From positions 1 through 45,880 of the forward strand of contig JAUCBJ010000926.1 of the NCBI GenBank assembly GCA_032718475.1: a DNA stretch of 45,880 bases, read 5' to 3'. Made by a program: the position numbers and the translations under genes. The notes under the pieces were generated by a model. The model made no database searches. It saw nothing but the letters and a program-made list of their open reading frames with translations, and was not told the DNA's origin. Source of the DNA: Nemertoderma westbladi. Its lineage: Eukaryota > Animalia > Xenacoelomorpha. Below, in pieces: positions 1 through 13,655 of this stretch; the first letter of the stretch is position 1, and each line of letters starts with the position of its first letter.

Positions 1-276
1 ATCAGTACCTGATAGAATAGAATAAAAACATAAGATTGTAATTAATTATAATCCTGAATATATTATAACGATTTATGTAAAATTACCTACGGGGGAACCA
101 CGTGGTTCACATAATTGTTCACAAATAATTCGTAACAAAAACAAAAACTTATAAAAACTAACAGCTTCCACAAATAAATTATTTTATTTATTACAAATTA
201 CAATAACAACCACCAAACAATGAGAAATACAATGTAATTAAACAAAACGGAAAGTTTTACGGGAGTTTCGGTTTAT

Positions 277-793
277 CCCTACCTGGCCCGGGGCTATTTT
301 TTTTAACTTAATTGCTCCCGAATTGGTCATTTTAGATTTTTTTAGTTCTTGGCTCAAAAATTACAATTTTGATGGTATAAGGGTTTTCGATGTCACTGGT
401 CACGATGAAACCAGTTATAAATATTTCTGGTAAATGCAAACTAATTTTGGAGCCATTCTGGCGCCAAGTATGCGGTTACAAGTAGCACAAAATTTTTATA
501 CTGATGCACATTTTGCCTTTGGTTTGGTAATTTTGAAGATATACTGGTTTTCAAGGTCGCTGATCACAAAGTTCACCAAAGAAAACCGCTATATACTGCA
601 GATAAATTAATTTTAGTAAATTATAAAAACTTTTGAAAATTGAAAATTTTGAAAATTTGTTCTATTGGATAGCCCATTAAACTTTAGGAAAAGTCACGAA
701 ATCTCGGATTAACTAACCAACCCGACTCAAAGATACAGATGAATAACAAAAAAATTTCTAAAATGACCCCCCCCCCCCCCGGGCCAAGTAGGA
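277..793. mobile_element. piggyBac-like non-autonomous MITE (~517 bp)
   Basis: Inverted ends CCCTACCTGGCCCGGGG (277-293) and CCCCGGGCCAAGTAGGA (777-793), flanked by TTAT and TTAA (degenerate TTAA target duplication); no ORF. Confidence 0.55.
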
Positions 794-1629
794 TTAAGCG
801 ATTCTGCACTGGTATGAAAAAAACACAACTTTTTATGACCCTCATTTAATAAAACGCGCAATAAAGAGACTCTATTAATAATATTTCGTAACAATATCTA
901 GTATTAAATTTGCACTTATTAAAACCTAAATTAATATAATAAATCGTGATTAGTAAGGTAAAATAAATAACATATAATTGAATATTTCTGTACAAAGTTT
1001 AAATTAATTTAACTAAAGAGATAAACTATAGTGAAAAATGAAAATTAATATAAAATAAATAACAATAAATATAAAGTTTTACACAGAGAAACCAAATTAA
1101 TCAATTATTATGATCTCCAACAAACTCGTAACTAATATAAACTTGTAAGAGGACATGGTACCCTGCCCATTTCCGTAACAAACGTAAGTCGCACAAAGGT
1201 ACACTTTTTGGATGGACCGCTCAATAAAATTTTATGAAATTTGCAACTCGGATACTCGGAACTCGGATAGACCACCTAATCCGGACAAATGTAGAACCTC
1301 AAAAAAATCGAAAAAAAATATTTCCACCAAAAATAAGACCATTTTTTGAAAATCGCTTGTAATTTTTTAAAAAATTGTACAAATCATCAAAAAAACATTA
1401 AGCTGACGAAATATCTGAAATGTTAGAGGTTCCACGGGTAGATAGCATTGATGCTGAGAATCAGTGAAAATTACATAAAATTTAATCTGGAAGTTCCTGA
1501 GATTTGTGTAATTAAAACCACGAAAAATAACTTTAGAGAAAAAGCCATTCAAAGATTTCAAACCTTCCCGCCAAATATCTCTGTTTAGATTTTTCAAATA
1601 TGTGCCAATAATTCGTAATGAAAGCCAAA

Positions 1630-2060
1630 AATTTAGCTGTAGGGGTTTTCATTGTCACTGATTTCATTTCCGATGTCAGTTTTTACATTTGAGTGAATCT
1701 AGAGTTTATGTATACTGTATGGTGTATATTTGTCTGTCTGTCGGACTGTCAGTCAAAAAATAAGGAGGAATACCACTAATGTAAAATTATCGCTATATGG
1801 GTTTTTACGATCGGTTCTTTCATTTCTGACGTTAATATTCACGGTTGATGAAATCTAGACTGTCTTCGTTCTACTGACAGATATACAGACAAACAAACGG
1901 ACAGACAAACAATCTAAATCACATTTAACGTATAAACGGACATCAGAAATGAAATCCCTGACTAGGAAATCCCCCATAGCGAAAATTATAATTAGGTGCT
2001 GTCCTTCCTTAATTTTTATTTGATGGACAGGCAAACCGACAGACAGACAAACTGACATTC
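1630..2060. repeat. Interspersed foldback-like repeat, related to 44450-44810
   Basis: Motif tgatttcatttccgatgtcagt and ctgtctgtc runs occur in both orientations here and recur at ~44550 and ~44710. Confidence 0.45.
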
Positions 2061-2871
2061 AAACAACTACGTTTTGTGCTATGACTTTAAGGTTTTTCGG
2101 TAATCTACGAATGTTGACATTGATTTTCGTGAAAATTTGCAGAGCGCCAAGTCACCTTAATAAATAACTCATTCAGTGTTGGTATATAAACTAAGAATAA
2201 AAATTAAAAAGATATATGCCTTGCCTTACTTAACCGACGGCATCGAGGCACATACAGGTGAACCCATACAGGTGTATAAAACACAAAACACGTAACAAAC
2301 AAAACCTGCAACCTAAAACAATTTCACCATTTAGGCTTTAGGGACACAAATAAAATATTTTACAACTCCAAACGATAATTATGGCTAGAAATTTGGCAGG
2401 TTAACGAAGTACAAATGAATAGACTCACATAAAATTAATAAATATACTTTTTGAAACAATTTTCAATAATAAATATAATAAACCAACATGATTGGTCGCT
2501 AAACCAACCAATAGTAACTGAGATACATCGACGATATTGCAGCAAATATAGGCAGAGTTCTAAATCAAAATATACAACACGATATACGCCACTGATTGGA
2601 TAAAGTTTCCGATATGAAACCATAGCAACATCCAATAGGAACAGCACAAGTATTACTGCCAATATGTCAGCTAATTGTCTCCGGCTGGAAATAAAATAGA
2701 TTGAAATGGTAAAATAAGAAAATGAAATTAACAACAACAACACCAACAACGGAGTGAATAACTAGAGGTCTCGCTATGCGGATCTATAAATTAGAAAAGT
2801 GATGAGATGATCACTGCGACTGCATGCAACAACTAGGTCACCTTTGTGTTACAGTTTTGAGATTTATGGAT

Positions 2872-2877
2872 CTATAC
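2872..2877 (-). CDS. KDM6A: Possible terminal micro-exon of KDM6A-like gene (V-stop)
   Basis: ttacag|GTA TAG just beyond the end of the 31-bp array; phase 0 fits the donor at 13054. Speculative. Confidence 0.25.
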   Translation of the reverse strand, partial: V

Positions 2878-2929
2878 CTGTAACGTTTTCTCCTACTATA
2901 TAACAATAATTAATTACTGATAGATTTTT

Positions 2930-5900
2930 ATACCAACCTTACTGGCAACTGAGTATAAACTAACCTTAATGGCAGAGAGAGATAACTGTTTATAAACTAA
3001 CCTTACTGACAGAGAACTGTTTATAAACTAACTTACTGGCAGAGAACTGTTTATAAACTAACCTTACTGAAAGAGAACTGTTTATAAACTAACCTTACTT
3101 ACAGATAACTGTTTAAAAACTAACCTTACTGGCACATAACTGTTTATAAACTAACCTTGGCAGAGAACTGTTTATAAACTAACCTTACTGGCAGAGAACT
3201 ATTTATAAACTAACCTTACTGGCAGAGAACTGTTTATAAACTAACCTTACTGACAGAGAACTGTTTATAAACTAACCTTACTGGCACATAACTGTTTATA
3301 AACTAACCTTGGCAGAGAACTGTTTATAAACTAACCTTACTGGCAGAGAACTGTTTATAAACTAACCTTACTGGCAGAGAACTGTTTATAAACTAACCTT
3401 ACTGGCAGAGAACTGTTTATAAACTAACCTTACTGACAGAGAACTGTTTATAAACTAACCTTACTGACAGAGAACTGTTTATAAACTAACCTTACTGGAA
3501 GAGAACTGTTTATAAACTAACCTTACCGGCAGAGAACTGTTTATAAACTAACCTTACTGGAAGATAACTGTTTATAAATTAACCTTACTGAAAGAGAACT
3601 GTTTATAAACTAACCTTACTTACAGATAACTGTTTATAAACTAACCTTACTGGCAGATAACTGTTTATAAACTAACCTTACTGGGAGAGAACTGTTTATA
3701 AACTAACCTTACTGAAAGAGAACTGTTTATAAACTAGCCTTACAGACAGAGAACTGTTTATAAACTAACCTTACTGACAGAGAACTGTTTATAAACTAAC
3801 CTTACTGACAGAGAACTGTTTATAAACTAACCTTGGCAGAGAACTGTTTATAAACTAACCTTACTGGAAGAGAACTGTTTATAAACTAACCTTGGCAGAG
3901 AACTGTTTATAAACTAACCTTACTGGCAGATAACTGTTAATAAACTAACTTTACTGACAGATAACTGTTTATAAACTAACCTTACTGGCAGAGAACTGTT
4001 TATAAACTAACCTTGGCAGAGAACTGTTTATAAACTAACCTTACTGAAAGAGAACTGTTTATAAACTAACTTTACTGGCAGATAACTGTTTATAAACTAA
4101 CTTTACTGGCAGAGAACTGTGTATAAACTAACCTTACAGACAGAGAACTGTTTATAAACTAACCTTGGCAGAGAACTGTTTATAAACTAACCTTACTGAA
4201 AGAGAACTGTTTATAAACTAACTTTACTGACAGATAACTGTTTATAAACTAACCTTACTGGCAGAGAACTGTTTATAAACTAACCTTGGCAGAGAACTGT
4301 TTATAAACTAACCTTACTGAAAGAGAACTGTTTATAAACTAACTTTACTGGCAGATAACTGTTTATAAACTAACCTTACTGGCAGATAACTGTTTATAAA
4401 CTAACCTTACTGAAAGAGAACTGTTTATAAACTAACCTTACTGACAGAGAACTGTTTATAAACTAACTTTACTGGCAGATAACTGTTTATAAACTAACTT
4501 TACTGGCAGAGAACTGTGTATAAACTAACCTTACTGAAAGAGAACTGTTTATAAACTAACCTTACTGACAGAGAACTGTTTATAAACTAACTTTACTGGC
4601 AGATAACTGTTTATAAACTAACCTTACTGAAAGAGAACTGTTTATAAACTAACCTTACTGGAAGAGAACTGTTTATAAACTAACTTTACTGGCAGATAAC
4701 TGTTTATAAACTAACCTTACTGGCAGATAACTGTTTATAAACTAACCTTACTGAAAGAGAACTGTTTATAAACTAACCTTACTGGCAGATAACTGTTTAT
4801 AAACTAACCTTACTGAAAGAGAACTGTTTATAAACTAACTTTACTGGCAGATAACTGTTTATAAACTAACCTTACTGGCAGATAACTGTTTATAAACTAA
4901 CCTTACTGAAAGAGAACTGTTTATAAACTAACCTTACTGGCAGATAACTGTTTATAAACTAACCTTACTGAAAGAGAACTGTTTATAAACTAACCTTACT
5001 GACAGATAACTGTTTATAAACTAACCTTACTGGCAGATAACTGTTTATAAACTAACCTTACTGAAAGAGAACTGTTTATAAACTAACCTTACTGGAAGAG
5101 AACTGTTTATAAACTAACCTTACTGACAGAGAACTGTTTATAAACTAACCTTACTGGAAGAAAACTGTTTATAAACTAACCTTGGCAGAGAACTGTTTAT
5201 AAACTAACCTTACTGACAGAGAACTGTTTATAAACTAACCTTACTGGAAGAAAACTGTTTATAAACTAACCTTGGCAGAGAACTGTTTATAAACTAACCT
5301 TACTGACAGAGAACTGTTTATAAACTAACCTTACTGGAAGAAAACTGTTTATAAACTAACCTTGGCAGAGAACTGTTTATAAACTAACCTTACTGACAGA
5401 GAACTGTTTATAAACTAACCTTACTGACAGAGAACTGTTTATAAACTAACCTTGGCAGAGAACTGTTTATAAACTAACCTTACTGACAGAGAACTGTTTA
5501 TAAACTAACCTTACTGGAAGAAAACTGTTTATAAACTAACCTTGGCAGAGAACTGTTTATAAACTAACATTACTGGCAGAGAACTGTTTATAAACTAACC
5601 TTACTGGCAGAGAACTGTTTATAAACTAACCTTACTGACAGATAACTGTTAATAAACTAACTTTACTGACAGAGAACTGTTTATAAACTAACCTTACTGA
5701 CAGATAACTGTTTATAAACTAACCTTACTGGCAGAGAAGTGTTTATAAACTAACCTTACTGAAAGAGAACTGTTTATAAACTAACCTTGACAGAGAACTG
5801 TTTATAAACTAACCTTGACAGAGAACTGTTTATAAACTAACCTTACTGGAAGAGAACTGTTTATAAACTAACCTTGACAGAGAACTGTTTATAAACTAAC

Positions 5901-8900
5901 CTTACTGGAAGAGAACTGTTTATAAACTAACCTTACTGACAGAGAACTGTTTATAAACTAACCTTACTGGAAGAAAACTGTTTATAAACTAACCTTGGCA
6001 GAGAACTGTTTATAAACTAACATTACTGGCAGATAACTGTTAATAAACTAACTTTACTGACAGAGAACTGTTTATAAACTAACCTTACTGGCAGAGAGAA
6101 CTGTTTATAAACTAACCTTACTAGCAGAGAACTTTTTATAAACTAACCTTACAGACAGAGAACTGTTTATAAACTAACCTTACTGGCAGATAACTGTTTA
6201 TAAACTAACCTTGGCAGAGAACTGTTTATAAACTAACCTTACTGGAAGAGAACTGTTTATAAACTAACCTTACTGACAGAGAACTGTTTATAAACTAACC
6301 TTACTGACAGAGAACTGTTTATAAACTAACCTTACTGACAGAGAACTGTTTATAAACTAACTTTACTGACAGAGAACTGTTTATAAACTAACCTTACTGG
6401 CAGATAACTGTTAATAAACTAACCTTACTGAAAGAGAACTGTTTATAAACTAACCTTACTGGCAGATAACTGTTAATAAACTAACTTTACTGACAGAGAA
6501 CTGTTTATAAACTAACCTTACTGGCATATATCTGTTTATAAACTAACCTTACTGGCAGAGAACTGTTTATAAACTAACCTTACTGACAGAGAACTGTTTT
6601 TAAACTAACCTTACTGACAGAGAACTGTTTATAAACTAACCTTGGCAGAGAACTGTTTATAAACTAACCTTACTGACAGAGAACTGTTTATAAACTAACC
6701 TTGGCAGAGAACTGTTTATAAACTAACCTTACTGGCAGATAACTGTTAATAAACTAACTTTACTGACAGAGAACTGTTTATAAACTAACCTTACTGACAG
6801 AGAACTGTTTATAAACTAACCTTGGCAGAGAACTGTTAATAAACTAACCTTACTGAAAGAGAACTGTTTATAAACTAACCTTACTGGCAGATAACTGTTA
6901 ATAAACTAACTTTACTGACAGAGAACTGTTTATAAACTAACCTTACTGAAAGAGAACTGTTTATAAACTAACCTTGGCAGAGAACTGTTTATAAACTAAC
7001 CTTACTGGCAGATAACTGTTAATAAACTAACTTTACTGACAGAGAACTGTTTATAAACTAACCTTACTGACAGAGAACTGTTTATAAACTAACCTTACTG
7101 ACAGAGAACTGTTTATAAACTAACCTTGGCAGAGAACTGTTAATAAACTAACCTTACTGAAAGAGAACTGTTTATAAACTAACCTTACTGGCAGATAACT
7201 GTTAATAAACTAACTTTACTGACAGAGAACTGTTTATAAACTAACCTTACTGACAGAGAACTGTTTATAAACTAACCTTACTGACAGAGAACTGTTTATA
7301 AACTAACCTTACTGGCAGATAACTGTTAATAAACTAACTTTACTGACAGAGAACTGTTTATAAACTAACCTTACTGACAGAGAACTGTTTATAAACTAAC
7401 CTTACTGGAAGAGAACTGTTTATAAACTAACCTTACTGACAGAGAACTGTTTATAAACTAACCTTACTGGAAGAAAACTGTTTATAAACTAACCTTGGCA
7501 GAGAACTGTTTATAAACTAACATTACTGGCAGATAACTGTTTATAAACTAACATTACTGGCAGATAACTGTTTATAAACTAACCTTACTAGCAGAGAACT
7601 TTTTATAAACTAACCTTACAGACAGAGAACTGTTTATAAACTAACCTTACTGACAGAGAACTGTTTATAAACTAACCTTGCTGGCAGAGAACTGTTTATA
7701 AACGAACCTTACTGGAAGAGAACTGTTTATAAACTAACCTTACTGACAGAGAACTGTTTATAAACTAACCTTACTGGAAGAGAACTGTTTATAAACTAAC
7801 CTTACTGACAGAGAACTGTTTATAAACTAACCTTACTGGAAGAAAACTGTTTATAAACTAACCTTGGCAGAGAACTGTTTATAAACTAACATTACTGGCA
7901 GATAACTGTTTATAAACTAACATTACTGGCAGATAACTGTTTATAAACTAACATTACTGGCAGATAACTGTTTATAAACTAACCTTACTAGCAGATAACT
8001 TTTTATAAACTAACCTTACTGAAAGAGAACTGTTTATAAACTAACCTTACTGGCAGATAACTGTTAATAAACTAACTTTACTGACAGAGAACTGTTTATA
8101 AACTAACCTTACTGAAAGAGAACTGTTTATAAACTAACCTTGGCAGAGAACTGTTTATAAACTAACCTTACTGGCAGATAACTGTTAATAAACTAACTTT
8201 ACTGACAGAGAACTGTTTATAAACTAACCTTACTGACAGAGAACTGTTTATAAACTAACCTTGGCAGAGAACTGTTAATAAACTAACCTTACTGAAAGAG
8301 AACTGTTTATAAACTAACCTTACTGGCAGATAACTGTTAATAAACTAACTTTACTGACAGAGAACTGTGTATAAACTAACTTACTGGCAGATAACTGTTA
8401 ATAAACTAACCTTACTGAAAGAGAACTGTTTATAAACTAACCTTACTGGCAGATAACTGTTAATAAACTAACTTTACTGACAGAGAACTGTTTATAAACT
8501 AACCTTACTGACAGAGAACTGTTTATAAACTAACCTTACTGGAAGAGAACTGTTTATAAACTAACCTTACTGACAGAGAACTGTTTATAAACTAACCTTA
8601 CTGGAAGAAAACTGTTTATAAACTAACCTTGGCAGAGAACTGTTTATAAACTAACATTACTGGCAGATAACTGTTTATAAACTAACATTACTGGCAGATA
8701 ACTGTTTATAAACTAACCTTACTGGAAGAGAACTGTTTATAAACTAACCTTACTGACAGAGAACTGTTTATAAACTAACCTTACTGACAGAGAACTGTTT
8801 ATAAACTAACCTTACTGGCACATAACTGTTTATAAACTAACCTTACTGGCAGATAACTGTTTATAAACTAACCTTACTGACAGAGAACTGTTTATAAACT

Positions 8901-11900
8901 AACTTTACTGACAGAGAACTGTTTATAAACTAACCTTACTGGCAGATAACTGTTAATAAACTAACCTTACTGAAAGAGAACTGTTTATAAACTAACCTTA
9001 CTGGCAGATAACTGTTAATAAACTAACTTTACTGACAGAGAACTGTTTATAAACTAACCTTACTGACAGAGAACTGTTTATAAACTAACCTTACTGGCAG
9101 ATAACTGTTTATAAAATAGCCTTACTGGCAGAGAACTGTTTATAAACTAACCTTGGAGGGAACTGTTTATAAACTAACCTTACTGGAAGAGAACTGTTTA
9201 TAAACTAACCTTTACTGAAATAGAACTGTTTATAAATTAACCTTACTGACAGAGAACTGTTTATAAACTAACCTTACTGACAGAGAACTGTTTATAAACT
9301 AACCTTACTGGCAGAGAACTGTTTATAAACTAACCTTACTGACAGAGAACTGTTTATAAACTAACCTTGGCAGAGAACTGTTTATAAACTAACCTTGACA
9401 GAGAACTGTTTATAAACTAACCTTACTGGAAGAGAACTGTTTATAAACTAACCTTACTGGGAGATAACTGTTTATAAACTAACCTTACTGGCAGAGAACT
9501 GTTTATAAACTAACCTTACTGGCAGAGAACTGTTTATAAACTAACCTTGACAGAGAACTGTTTATAAACTAACCTTACTGGAAGAGAACTGTTTATAAAC
9601 TAACCTTACTGACAGAGAACTGTTTATAAACTAACCTTACTGGCAGAGAACTGTTTATAAACTAACCTTACTGAAAGAGAACTGTTTATAAACTAACCTT
9701 ACTGGCAGAGAACTGTTTATAAACTAACCTTACTGGCAGAGAACTGTTTATAAACTAACCTTACTGGCAGAGAACTGTTTATAAACTAACCTTACTGGGA
9801 GATAACTGTTTATAAACTAACCTTACTGGCAGAGAACTGTTTATAAACTAACCTTACTGGCAGAGAACTGTTTATAAACTAACCTTGACAGAGAACTGTT
9901 TATAAACTAACCTTACTGGAAGAGAACTGTTTATAAACTAACCTTACTGGGAGATAACTGTTTATAAACTAACCTTGACAGAGAACTGTTTATAAACTAA
10001 CCTTACTGGAAGAGAACTGTTTATAAACTAACCTTACTGGCAGAGAACTGTTTATAAACTAACCTTGACAGAGAACTGTTTATAAACTAACCTTACTGGA
10101 AGAGAACTGTTTATAAACTAACCTTACTGGGAGATAACTGTTTATAAACTAACCTTGACAGAGAACTGTTTATAAACTAACCTTACTGGAAGAGAACTGT
10201 TTATAAACTAACCTTACTGGCAGAGAACTGTTTATAAACTAACCTTACTGGCAGAGAACTGTTTATAAACTAACCTTGACAGAGAACTGTTTATAAACTA
10301 ACCTTACTGGAAGAGAACTGTTTATAAACTAACCTTACTGGGAGATAACTGTTTATAAACTAACCTTACTGGCAGAGAACTGTTTATAAACTAACCTTAC
10401 TGGCAGAGAACTGTTTATAAACTAACCTTGACAGAGAACTGTTTATAAACTAACCTTACTGGAAGAGAACTGTTTATAAACTAACCTTACTGACAGAGAA
10501 CTGTTTATAAACTAACCTTACTGGCAGAGAACTGTTTATAAACTAACCTTACTGAAAGAGAACTGTTTATAAACTAACCTTACTGGCAGAGAACTGTTTA
10601 TAAACTAACCTTACTGGCAGAGAACTGTTTATAAACTAACCTTACTGGCAGAGAACTGTTTATAAACTAACCTTACTTACAGATAACTGTTTATAAACTA
10701 ACCTTACTGGCAGAGAACTGTTTATAAACTAACCTTACTTACAGATAACTGTTTATAAACTAACCTTACTGGCAGAGAACTGTTTATAAACTAACCTTAC
10801 TGGCAGATAACTGTTTATAAACTAACTTTACTGGAAGAGAACTGTTTATAAACTAACCTTACAGACAGAGAACTGTTTATAAACTAACCTTACTGGCAGA
10901 TAACTGTTTATAAACTAACCTTGGCAGAGAACTGTTTATAAACTAACCTTACTGGCAGATAACTGTTTATAAACTAACCTTACTGGAAGAGAACTGTTTA
11001 TAAACTAACCTTACAGACAGAGAACTGTTTATAAACTAACCTTACTGACAGAGAACTGTTTATAAACTAACCTTACTGGCATAGAACTGTTTATAAACTA
11101 ACCTTACTGAAAGAGAACTGTTTATAAACTAACCTTACTGGCAGAGAACTGTGTATAAACTAACTTACTGGCAGAGAACTGTTTATAAACTAACCTTACT
11201 GGCAGAGAACTGTTTATAAACTAACCTTACTGGCAGAGAACTGTTTATAAACTAGCCTTACTGGGAGAGAACTGTTTATAAACTAACCTTACTGGCAGAT
11301 AACTGTTTATAAACTAGCCTTACTGGGAGAGAACTGTTTATAAACTAACCTTACTGGCAGAGAACTGTTTATAAACTAACCTTACAGACAGATAACTGTT
11401 TATAAACTAACCTTACTGGCAGATAACTGTTTATAAACTAACCTTACTGACAGAGAACTGTTTATAAACTAACCTTACTGGCAGAGAACTGTTTATAAAC
11501 TAACCTTACTGGCAGAGAACTGTTTATAAACTAACCTTACTGGCAGAGAACTGTTTATAAACTAACCTTACTGAAAGAGAACTGTTTATAAACTAACCTT
11601 ACTGGCAGAGAACTGTTTATAAACTAACCTTACTGGCAGAGAACTGTTTATAAACTAACCTTACTGGCAGAGAACTGTTTATAAACTAACCCTACTGGCA
11701 GAGAACTGTTTATAAACTAACCTTACTGGCAGAGAACTGTTTATAAACTAACCTTACTGGCAGAGAACTGTTTATAAACTAACCTTACTGGCAGAGAACT
11801 GTTTATAAACTAACCTTACTGGCAGAGAACTGTTTATAAACTAACCTTACTGGCAGAGAACTGTTTATAAACTAACCTTACTGAAAGAGAACTGTTTATA

Positions 11901-13082
11901 AACTAACCTTACTGGCAGAGAACTGTTTATAAACTAACCTTACTGGCAGAGAACTGTTTATAAACTAACCTTACTGGCAGAGAACTGTTTATAAACTAAC
12001 CTTACTGAAAGAGAACTGTTTATAAACTAACCTTACTGACAGAGAACTGTTTATAAACTAACCTTACTGACAGAGAACTGTTTATAAACTAACCTTACTG
12101 GCAGAGAACTGTTTATAAACTAGCCTTACTGGGAGAGAACTGTTTATAAACTAACCTTACTGGCAGAGAACTGTTTATAAACTAACCTTACTGACAGATA
12201 ACTGTTTATAAACTAACCTTACTGGCAGAGAACTGTTTATAAACTAACCTTACTGGCAGAGAACTGTTTATAAACTAACCTTACTGGCAGAGAACTGTTT
12301 ATAAACTAACCTTACTGAAAGAGAACTGTTTATAAACTAACCTTACTGGCAGAGAACTGTTTATAAACTAACCTTACTGAAAGAGAACTGTTTATAAACT
12401 AACCTTACTGACAGAGAACTGTTTATAAACTAACCTTACTGACAGAGAACTGTTTATAAACTAACCTTACTGGCAGAGAACTGTTTATAAACTAGCCTTA
12501 CTGGGAGAGAACTGTTTATAAACGAACCTTACTGGCAGATAACTGTTTATAAACTAACCTTACTGACAGAGAACTGTTTATAAACTAACCTTACTGACAG
12601 ATAACTGTTTATAAACTAACCTTACTGGCAGAGAACTGTTTATAAACTAACCTTACTGGCAGAGAACTGTTTATAAACTAACCTTACTGGCAGAGAACTG
12701 TTTATAAACTAACCTTACTGAAAGAGAACTGTTTATAAACTAACCTTACTGACAGAGAACTGTTTATAAACTAACCTTACTGACAGAGAACTGTTTATAA
12801 ACTAACCTTACTGACAGAGAACTGTTTATAAACTAACCTTACTGACAGAGAACTGTTTATAAACTAACCTTACTGACAGAGAACTGTTTATAAACTAACC
12901 TTACTGACAGAGAACTGTTTATAAACTAACCTTACTGGCAGAGAACTGTTTATAAACTAACCTTACTGACAGAGAACTGTTTATAAACTAACCTTACTGA
13001 CAGAGAACTGTTTATAAACTAACCTTACTGGCAGAGAACAGTTTATAAACTAACCTTACTGGCAGAGAACTGTGTATAAACT
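2930..13082. repeat. 31-bp tandem satellite, roughly 325 copies, derived from the end of the last JmjC-region exon (splice donor/stop junction)
   Basis: Unit aactgtttataaactaaccttactggcagag, with 27-bp deletion variants. Minus strand reads CAGTTCTCTGCCAGTAAG|GTTAGTTTATAAA, identical to the exon end at 13055. Confidence 0.95.
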
Positions 13083-13246
13083 TTAGTAAGGTCGTCCAAT
13101 GAATATTCCATTAGGACTGTAAACGCTTTTAGGGTTGGATTGCTCCGTCGGGCGCAATCCGCACAGTAAACGTTAAACCGAGAGGAAGAAGGCGATGTAA
13201 GATTAGAGGAAGTTTTAGTGACGAATAAAATACAGAATACTTCAAC
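13055..13246 (-). CDS. KDM6A: KDM6A/UTX-like exon, C-terminal Zn-binding domain (VEVFCILFVT...VYCADCARR...EYSLDDLTKVYTQFSASK)
   Basis: ttttag acceptor; matches UTX VEVFDLLFVT...HCQDCAR...EQYKMEDLMQVYDQF. Ends at AAG|GTTAGT, or reads on to VSL-stop at 13043. Confidence 0.9.
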
Positions 13247-13369
13247 CTAAAAATAAATTAAATAATTAATTAACTTCACAAATTATGTAAAACGGCCCGA
13301 ATACAAATATAACCGTTCGCTCCATGGCTTGTAGTTCTGACTCGCCCCACAAAATACATTGCAGTATAA

Positions 13370-13516
13370 AGGTCTGTATAATGTGTGTAAGTTAGTCTAC
13401 AGGTCTGTATAATATGAGTAAGTTAGTCTACAGGTCTGTATAATGTGTGTAAGTTAGTCTACAGGTCTGTATAATGTGTGTAAGTTAGTCTACAGGTCTG
13501 TATAATGTGTGTAAGT
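13370..13516. repeat. 31-bp intronic minisatellite, ~4.7 copies
   Basis: Unit aggtctgtataatgtgtgtaagttagtctac. Confidence 0.9.
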
Positions 13517-13528
13517 TTAAGTACTGAC

Positions 13529-13655
13529 CTCGCATTGACTGCAATACTGGGCTGGTTCTCCCTGCTTCTTCCCATGCCATCTAACGGCTACGTTCGACTT
13601 CCTCAAACCTTCTAAAGTTAATCGACAGTGCGTAAGCAACCGCAGGAGGGCGTAC
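13529..13655 (-). CDS. KDM6A: KDM6A/UTX-like exon (YALLRLLTHC...WHGKKQGEPAQYCSQCE)
   Basis: tttag|G acceptor, GAG|GTCAGT donor; matches UTX YCLLRTLKQC...WHGRTKEEPAHYCSICE. Confidence 0.92.

Noticed and set aside
1367-2749. Short minus-strand ORFs (67-104 aa)
   Set aside because: AT-rich or repeat-derived, non-ATG starts, no recognisable motifs.
2930-13082. CRISPR-like array (31-bp period)
   Set aside because: Contiguous units with no unique spacers, no cas genes, and a eukaryotic intron context.
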